From: Wickerhamiella versatilis
Taxonomy: Eukaryota
Length of the DNA: 64,000 nt
Direction: 5' to 3'
Assembly: GCA_030867685.1 (NCBI GenBank)
Contig: JAQOWU010000007.1
Coordinates: 1,922,001 to 1,986,000 of the forward strand
The notes under the pieces were generated by a model, which worked only from the letters and a program-made list of their open reading frames with translations, did no database searches and was not told the DNA's origin. A program made the translations under genes and the position numbers. Positions 56,981-64,000 of the stretch are shown piece after piece. The number at the start of each line of letters is the position of its first letter. Positions within the stretch are counted from its first letter, which is position 1.

Positions 56981-57547
56981 TGCGTATTTCGTCACTACCA
57001 GACCTGTCTGACTGCTTGAGTCTTCCCCGTGTAACTCACAGGGTACCTATGCCCTTGTGCCCTTGTTATGTAATTTGGCACCAGCCATCTCTAATGCCCT
57101 TCCATTTCAACGTCTAGATTAATAGTATGACTACTTCATGGTCTTAAATATATCCTTTACTCGTTCTTAGGTTTCAGATTCCATGGTTTCTGTGGTAATC
57201 TGCCAGTTTAGACTTCCTTGGTGCGTATTTTACCATAAACGCTCCTCTTTCGATATTGCTCTATTCTTGATCTTCCCTTTTATGTTTAAACCTTGAATCC
57301 CTTGTGCTTCCTATTAATGCTTCGACTTGTTGTTTTGCGTTGGTTGATGTAATTATATAAAACCTAATTTGACATTATAATATTTCCTATCTTGTCCAAG
57401 GTTTACACGGTACTTATATGCACATTTAGAGATAGCTACATATGGCGAAACAATAAAAAGACACAACAATCATATACACAGGAGATATCACAATTGTCCA
57501 AGTGAGTGACAACAGAAATAGCTCGCATAGCTACACATTGAGTCAGC

Positions 57548-57820
57548 ATGGAACCAGAATGGACCGAAGAGGACACAGACAGCTATGACACCAGCGAAGG
57601 GGAAGAGACCACGGTTATCCACATACCATGGCTAGCGCTTACAAGTAAGATAGCTGTTAACCTGTTTGTTCCATTTATAAACGGATTGATGCTCGGATTT
57701 GGTGAAATATTTGCCCACGAGCTAGGACTCACATGGGGATGGAGAAGCTCTAGAGTATATGACCCCAGCACAGTCAAAGAACAAGCGAGAGCACGCAGAC
57801 GCTGGCTTTGGTTCGTCTAG
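57548..57820 (+). CDS. MIM1: Mitochondrial outer-membrane insertase Mim1
   Basis: AVNLFVPFINGLMLGFGEIFAHE signature. Confidence 0.92.
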   Translation: MEPEWTEEDTDSYDTSEGEETTVIHIPWLALTSKIAVNLFVPFINGLMLGFGEIFAHELGLTWGWRSSRVYDPSTVKEQARARRRWLWFV

Positions 57821-58172
57821 AATAATCCCAGAACGAAACATCACAGATACCTACAAAAGCAGCCCACCCTCAAAGAATCATAGCTTAGGACAGCAGAACA
57901 CCATAAAGATATTTACCATAAAAATAAAGCACACACTTGGCACGAGGAAGCATGAAGGACTGGAATAACAGACAACTAATCGAAGAATGGACGTACTTAA
58001 TCTAAGGTCAAATAGTCAATGGAAATAAAAGAACAAACAAGAGCAAATGCAGAGAATACGATCCCTACTAATATCTAGTATCTATTTAAGAGCATAAATG
58101 AACGAAGGGAATACAAAAGAGTACCCATACTACATTCATCGCTAGCTAGTAGCAAAAAGTTACACAGTGATT

Positions 58173-59021
58173 TTACTGAAGATGAGTTGCATGATGAGCA
58201 ATATGATCAGCAGAGAAACTGCTAATGAAGAAATACGAATGGTCATATTCATCATGCATACGCAGCAACACCTTTTGACCAGACTTCGATACTTGCGCAG
58301 CAGAAACTAGGGATTCAGGTAAAAGCTGACCATCCTTATAGAAACCATCACCTCTACCACAATCAACAAGAATATCCGTAAGAGGACCGGTATGTTTTGA
58401 AAGGAGCACACTAGCATCGTGCTCAGGCCACTCACTTTCATCAGCAAGATAGTTTGAAAAAGCCTTCTGACCCCATGGGCACTTCATAGGGTTACTTATG
58501 GGAGAGAAAGCAGATACGCTCTTGTAAAGTCCTGGGTGACGCAAAAACAAGGTCAATGCTCCATGACCACCCATAGAGTGTCCCATGATACTAGCCTTTT
58601 TAAGGTCAATTTCAGACGAGAAGGGAGCACCAGCAAGAACCTCGGGCAATTCCTCCGTGATATAAGTTTCCATACGGTAATTCTTTGACCACGGCTCCCT
58701 AGTGGCATCTAAGTAAAATCCAGCACCAGTGCCAAAATCATAAGCATCATCTTCGCCTTTGATACCTGCACCACGAGGTGAAGTATCTGGGAATACAATA
58801 GCTATTCCATGAAGTGCAGCAGAAGCAGTGAAAAACCCCTTTTCCAAACCATTATCTCCTGTACATGTCAAACCAGCAAGGTAGTATATCACAGGTGCCT
58901 TACCAGAAGCACGGTTTGGAATGAATACATTCAATTTCATAGGGGTTTTAACTGCAGAGCTCTCATGTGAGAGTTTGTAAATCTTTCCGCCAAATGCCTT
59001 TGTAGTGCTATTAACCTGCAT
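58173..59021 (-). CDS. S-formylglutathione hydrolase (esterase D)
   Basis: LAGLTCT, PDTSPRG, DFGTGAGFY, GHSMGGHG, CPWGQKAF and YDHSYFFI. Confidence 0.96.
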   Translation of the reverse strand: MQVNSTTKAFGGKIYKLSHESSAVKTPMKLNVFIPNRASGKAPVIYYLAGLTCTGDNGLEKGFFTASAALHGIAIVFPDTSPRGAGIKGEDDAYDFGTGAGFYLDATREPWSKNYRMETYITEELPEVLAGAPFSSEIDLKKASIMGHSMGGHGALTLFLRHPGLYKSVSAFSPISNPMKCPWGQKAFSNYLADESEWPEHDASVLLSKHTGPLTDILVDCGRGDGFYKDGQLLPESLVSAAQVSKSGQKVLLRMHDEYDHSYFFISSFSADHIAHHATHLQ

Positions 59022-61695
59022 CGTGGCAATACGTGGAGTAACAGATATTATTAATACCGGGGTTTGAAGTACTGTTCGGGAATCGATTAATCAGTGGTTG
59101 TCGAACAGAGGACACAATAATGAGATAGATAATGTTTAATCAGGGTAAAGTCAAAGAAGAATAATACTACACCTTCACAGGAGGTTAAAGTTGATAATAT
59201 GAAGATCCTTAAAGCAACGATGAATGCAATAAATGGCAATAAATGGCCAGACCGGCAGAAGAGTCCATAAGAAGAAACGGACTCCTCGATCGATAGAACA
59301 TAAGCGTCGCCGGAAATTCGTTCCAGATTCTTCAATAAAAGCGGAAACACACCACATGTACAACAAACATTCCTCATGCATGAACTTGCATATCGAGCGT
59401 AGCTCGTGGCACGTTTCTAGAACAAGTAACTACGTAGGTTTAAAAAGGCAATACAAGAAATAAAATCTTCCTCTAACCAGAAGAAAGCGAATATTATCAA
59501 GACGGAGTGAAAAAAAAACGGACAATATGCCAGTAGAGCAACTCTACGCTCCACCTACATCCAGAGTATACGAGACCTAGACGCAATACCCGCGAACGGC
59601 GGTTAGGGCAACGCATATGTGAACTGAACAAACAAATTAAAGCTCTTGAACAATATATTTAGCTAAGATCTATTTAGATAGATAATGCTCAACATATCAA
59701 CACACCATACAGCGCTAATGGAAACACATCGTGACAAAATACAATGAATTCAACTTCGATGAATAATTTGAACCAATGAGAAACAACCAACGTATCTACC
59801 AATTAAAAAACTAGATGAGATAACGTAAGTTCAGTGAATAATTAATTAAAGTACAATATATTTTATTTCTAAATATTATATTCTAAAGTTATAGTATAAT
59901 AATATTTTCTGGTACATTATTGGATATATATACAGAAAGAGATCACTATTGGACAATATAATATCCCGGATCCTGCTAGAGTGGGACTATATTAAGGCAG
60001 TGAGAAGCTGTATTCCTGTAATCCTCTAATGTCCTCTATAATGCTTCACATCAATGTTGTAGTTATTCAATGATTTAGTGCTTTTCAAAAGAAAGTCATA
60101 TGGATTATGATATTTTGTGTTTTCTTGGAACTTAATTAACGTGAGTGGCAAGAGGACTAATGACAAAAATTGTGATATGGGAATGGATTTTGGCGGCTTA
60201 ATGATGAACTAAGTGATGTGGATGTTACCTTTTCGACAGAAATACCATGGTATCTATTTATAAGCCAATGATATAAGAATTTCATGGTGGCTACGGTGAC
60301 TAATGTTATATGTATGATTAAGACTCACATGGATTTATGATTTTAGGCGGCAGTTACTAACTAGGAATATTGAATCTGGACATGGACTCGATTGGATAGG
60401 AACCTTCTATTTCATAAGGATTTTAAAGTATTCGAACGAAATTTCAATATCGAAGGCAAAAACTCTTGTGAATAGTTCATTATATAGATTGTAGCTATGA
60501 TCGATAGATTTCATGTAGCCTTTTTACATTTCACATAACTGTTTCGAAACTCATAACTCATGCCTATCTTAATATCTGTTTAAGATGATGGTGATTCGAA
60601 AAATAATTCCCTTCACTGGATATGTTCTACATCTCGTTGAATTTCATTTTACTGCATATTATCTGGCTTCAAACTAGCCCTAACTAAAATAAAGCATGAT
60701 TATTATGGTCGGCGATACGACAAAGAGGTGAATTTTGCTCTCAGAAATTACACTATAAATTCAATGTCAACGTCTAGATCTCATATCATGATTGTTTAAA
60801 TGCTAAGCTTAAATTATTCAGTCTATCAAAGTATGTGTCGTTCAATTTGATCGACTCAGCTTCCTGTGAGACGACAAAAATAAACCTTGAATTCTTTGTA
60901 TTCAAATTTCAAAGTATTAAAACATTTTTTTGTTTAACAAGACTAGTATTTGCGGCTGAGTTTATTGTCTTAGTTTTCAGCGCCGTTCACCAGATTAATG
61001 CGGCATTAAATAAATTTTTTTCAAAAAAAGGGGTTAAAATCTGAGTGAATACGTAGATGAATCATTACAGAATTATTCTCGATTTTATTATTACTATGAT
61101 TATAATATAGTTCCATATTAAGTGTCGTAGGAAATATAAAAAGACATGACCATCAAGCATCCTAACAAACTAACTACTAGGATATTGAGACAAAAAATTT
61201 CAAGGTATTCGATTTCTTCGTGATAGATAAGTAAATAAGTACAGTGATATGCGATCTACTTTATTACATGAAACTCAGCTTTGAAGCATACATAATATTT
61301 TCACATTCGGATGATGCGAATTAATTATGTGCCAAGTTATAGTACTTCTAAATGAAATGCCACACTAGAAGACATCTTCGAGGAATAATCAAATACACTA
61401 GTTATGACAACTATATATAACTATTTGAAAATTCGAGTACATTTTTCGTTCATAGAGGACACAATTTACCTTTTACTGCGTGAATGTGTGAGAAATATCC
61501 TGAAAAATTTCATTAGCTACGAAATTTACAGGAAAACCAATAATAATAAGTGGGAATACTGGATTGATTGACAAACATAGGTACTATATTACAAATCAAA
61601 TTTGTCCGATCATACTAACAAGAGGGCTTAGGGCTATTACTCACCAAACTCAGTGAGGACTCTCAGTTGGCTCCAACCTAGCTGTCAATCCAACC
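59022..61695. other. AT-rich gene-free interval (candidate centromere/origin region)
   Basis: About 2.7 kb without a credible ORF in a region where most gaps are under 0.7 kb; very AT-rich core at 59830-59960. Confidence 0.4.
61628..61636 (+). promoter_or_regulatory. TTAGGGCTA Tbf1-type site upstream of the ribosomal protein gene
   Basis: Matches the Tbf1 motif known from ribosomal protein promoters of non-Rap1 yeasts; 60 bp before the RPL37 ATG. Confidence 0.55.
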
Positions 61696-61971
61696 ATGAC
61701 GAAGGGTACCCCTGCTCAGGGAAAGCGACACACCAAGTCTCACGGTAGTGCCTGCCGTCGTTGCAATGCCCACGCTTGGCATTTCCAGAAGCAGCGTTGC
61801 GCTTCGTGCGGCTACCCCAGCGCTAAGATTCGCTCGTACAACTGGGCGACCAAGGCATCTCGTCGGCGTACCACCGGTACCGGTCGTATGCGCTATTTGA
61901 AGTCTGTTGACCGTAGGTTCAAGAACGGTTTCCGCACTGGTTTGCCTAAGTCTCAGAAGACTGAGGCTTAA
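61696..61971 (+). CDS. RPL37: 60S ribosomal protein eL37
   Basis: MTKGT..GKRH.KSH, C4 zinc finger, CGYP, RSYNW and [13 protein letters not shown]. Confidence 0.96.
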   Translation: MTKGTPAQGKRHTKSHGSACRRCNAHAWHFQKQRCASCGYPSAKIRSYNWATKASRRRTTGTGRMRYLKSVDRRFKNGFRTGLPKSQKTEA

Positions 61972-62253
61972 GATGTGTAATGTGCTGTTAAAATAAATCA
62001 ACTGTGCCGAGACGGCACAAATACGTCTCTTATATAATGCGCATAGTTAACGCAAACGCTTAAATGGCATATATTGTACTCGAATCATTCTGTATCGCGT
62101 AAGTGATACCAGTTGGTTGCGGTTGACACCTAGGATGCCTATCTCGCTGATTCTAGAAGGTCAATTTGACAACAAAGAAATAATAGGTAGTGTATTCGTC
62201 TAATGTACAACTTAAAGCATATTTAAGCATATGAGAACTAGAGACCGTACTCT

Positions 62254-63999
62254 CTACGCGGTTGTGAGTTCAGTGATCGTTTCTGTAGTTGCATTAAGTC
62301 CCATAACATTGAGGAACATGTTAAGGTTCGAAATACGTATCTCGGCGCTACTTGGATCCTCTCGTGCAGCAGACATGGCGCCAAATATACGGTCTCTGAC
62401 CGCATCAAGTAAGAGTCGCTGATGATTGAGATCAGCTCCTAGAGCCAAGCTCGCTAATAAGTGCCAAGAACTAGAGGTATCATTCAAGTCAAACAATGAA
62501 CCCAAATGTGGTTGTAGGCGTTGGAAGATTGTCTGGAATAAAGATTGCCACGCTTCCACGTCCTCTGGGCTCACGTCGCTGTCTTGTTGTCCGATTAGTT
62601 CTGCGCGGCTAACCAGCACTGTCAAGAAGGTTTGCCCCACGCGAGTGCGTGCGATTTGCTCAATATCATGGTTCGCGAGAAGACTTGCAAGATCAATAAT
62701 TCTTGCAAACTCGAGTTGAGAGATGAGGTGAACGATGGGCTGTAATACAGTCTTGCAGAAGAGATCGACCTGACCTTGCTGATTCGGATCAAGCCCATGG
62801 CTCACAACGTCAAGACCATCAATACAGAAGAAGAGACGAGTCAGGACTGTGAGTTGGCGAGTGGGCGCAAGGTGTGGGAAACATCTTGGGAGAACCTTTT
62901 TTCCTTTTCCGTGGTTTAGCATAAGAACAAATGGGTGACGGCCCTCTGAATCTACTGGTTTTAGGACCTGTAAACTTTCCCACACACGGTCTTGAAGATC
63001 AGGAACCTCTGCAGCCCACGAAGCAGCATCTGGGTCCTCTGGAGCTGGTCGCTTGCTCATGTGGTTTTCCACAGTAAGAACAGCCTCATACACTTTCTCA
63101 ATCAGCGCAAGTTCGTTGGTCCATGCAGCAGCTACAGGTTCACTATCAGTGACCTCCAGCTGTAGTGCCATTCGAGGGTGCGCTGCTGAGCCATGTAGTC
63201 TACCTTTCCGACCGAGTTTCGCTGGATTGCCGTTAGATTGGGCCTGACCATCCTCGGTACTTTCGCGAGAAGCCTCATTCTCTTCCGAAGTTTCGCTATT
63301 AAGGCTCTTCAAGAGCTTTTGCTGGCGTTCAGCACGTCTTTCTCGCACATGGGTTGTCACCTCTGCAACCTGTTCCCGCATAAGAGCTAATGCAGAACGA
63401 CGCGCACCACCATGGCCAGTATGGTGTATGTGCCGACGAACATACGTTTTAGCGAGATCCGACGAAGGGCGAAGCTTTTCACGGGTACCATCCCTGAGAT
63501 TACTCGATTGCCACGCGTGATAGTACCAATCTTCCTCATCTGGATCCTGGCTTAGAAGCTGCCTTAACTGCAAGTTAAGCACATAAGCCTTATCACGGTC
63601 ACCCATTAATCCATCAAGGTGAGACCTAGGTGTCCTGCGAACTGGCGTTGATGGTGACCGCACTTCCTGTGAGCCCGTGGATGTACTCTGGGATACATTG
63701 GCCTTTGCACGAGCAATTTCATCACGGACACCTGCAGAGGGCTCTTTTCGAGAAGGACCGGATGCCCAACCGGACTTGGTCTGTTTCGCCGCTGATTTAG
63801 GTCCAACCGGTGGAGAAGCAGGCCGAGGAGAGCGTTCCGTCTTCGTTTCAGGTACTGAAGCCTTTTGTTTCTGGGGTTTCTTCTCCGGGATAGAACTCTT
63901 AGCGGCCGGTGGTTGCTTCTGCTCTTGGTTAGAGGGAGGCACTTCGCTAGAAGGCGAAGGCTGCTGTGTTTTCTCGGAGATATCAAGTTTATCTACTTG
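62254..63999 (-). CDS. PAT1: mRNA decay factor Pat1, 5'-truncated by the window edge
   Basis: GLMGDRDKAYVLNLQLRQL..DPDEEDWYY, HPFVLMLNHGKGKKVLPR, SWHLLASLA and NLNMFLNVMGL. The frame is open to the window end. Confidence 0.9.
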   Translation of the reverse strand, partial: QVDKLDISEKTQQPSPSSEVPPSNQEQKQPPAAKSSIPEKKPQKQKASVPETKTERSPRPASPPVGPKSAAKQTKSGWASGPSRKEPSAGVRDEIARAKANVSQSTSTGSQEVRSPSTPVRRTPRSHLDGLMGDRDKAYVLNLQLRQLLSQDPDEEDWYYHAWQSSNLRDGTREKLRPSSDLAKTYVRRHIHHTGHGGARRSALALMREQVAEVTTHVRERRAERQQKLLKSLNSETSEENEASRESTEDGQAQSNGNPAKLGRKGRLHGSAAHPRMALQLEVTDSEPVAAAWTNELALIEKVYEAVLTVENHMSKRPAPEDPDAASWAAEVPDLQDRVWESLQVLKPVDSEGRHPFVLMLNHGKGKKVLPRCFPHLAPTRQLTVLTRLFFCIDGLDVVSHGLDPNQQGQVDLFCKTVLQPIVHLISQLEFARIIDLASLLANHDIEQIARTRVGQTFLTVLVSRAELIGQQDSDVSPEDVEAWQSLFQTIFQRLQPHLGSLFDLNDTSSSWHLLASLALGADLNHQRLLLDAVRDRIFGAMSAAREDPSSAEIRISNLNMFLNVMGLNATTETITELTTA

Positions 64000-64000
64000 A

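Noticed and set aside
55658..56995. 445-aa ORF as the ASC1 product
   Set aside because: It reads through the intron; the spliced 314-aa RACK1 is the conserved product.
58173..59021. Bacterial horizontal origin of the S-formylglutathione hydrolase (or of PAN5/MsrA)
   Set aside because: Motifs look fungal by eye and there is no operon-like context; a phylogeny would be needed to claim otherwise.
59087..61044. Short ORFs in the AT-rich gap (59087-59463, 60835-61044)
   Set aside because: Under 100 aa, overlapping in several frames, no recognisable motifs.

Overview
Gene-dense eukaryotic nuclear DNA from an ascomycete yeast, not a prokaryote. It uses the standard genetic code, has only one convincing intron, and many intergenic gaps are under 100 bp. 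Retention of eIF3e, a GCL modifier subunit, NudE and an Nbs1-type protein suggests an early-branching Saccharomycotina lineage, plausibly Wickerhamiella/Starmerella-like (inference). About 39 protein genes are supported, mostly housekeeping (ALA1, COX15, UGP1, OSH, SAM50, NBS1, IPL1, VPS9, MCM6, POL30, INCENP, ENO, ESF1, MXR1, eIF3e, ASC1, MIM1, RPL37, PAT1). A U24/snR24 C/D snoRNA lies in the ASC1 intron. No transposon, CRISPR, tRNA or rRNA gene was seen. The most notable observations are: (1) a secreted Kex2-processed Gln/Pro/Tyr/Cys protein with two unrelated 17-residue repeat arrays; (2) a LIP-family lipase with a non-canonical nucleophile motif; (3) a telomere-like RGG(T/C)WAGGG motif close to many start codons; (4) extreme divergent and convergent gene packing; (5) a branch-point consensus fused to the ASC1 5' splice site; (6) a ~2.7-kb AT-rich gene-free gap with a strand-skew switch, a candidate centromere/origin that may also hold an ncRNA. 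All family calls are by motif recognition; no searches were run.
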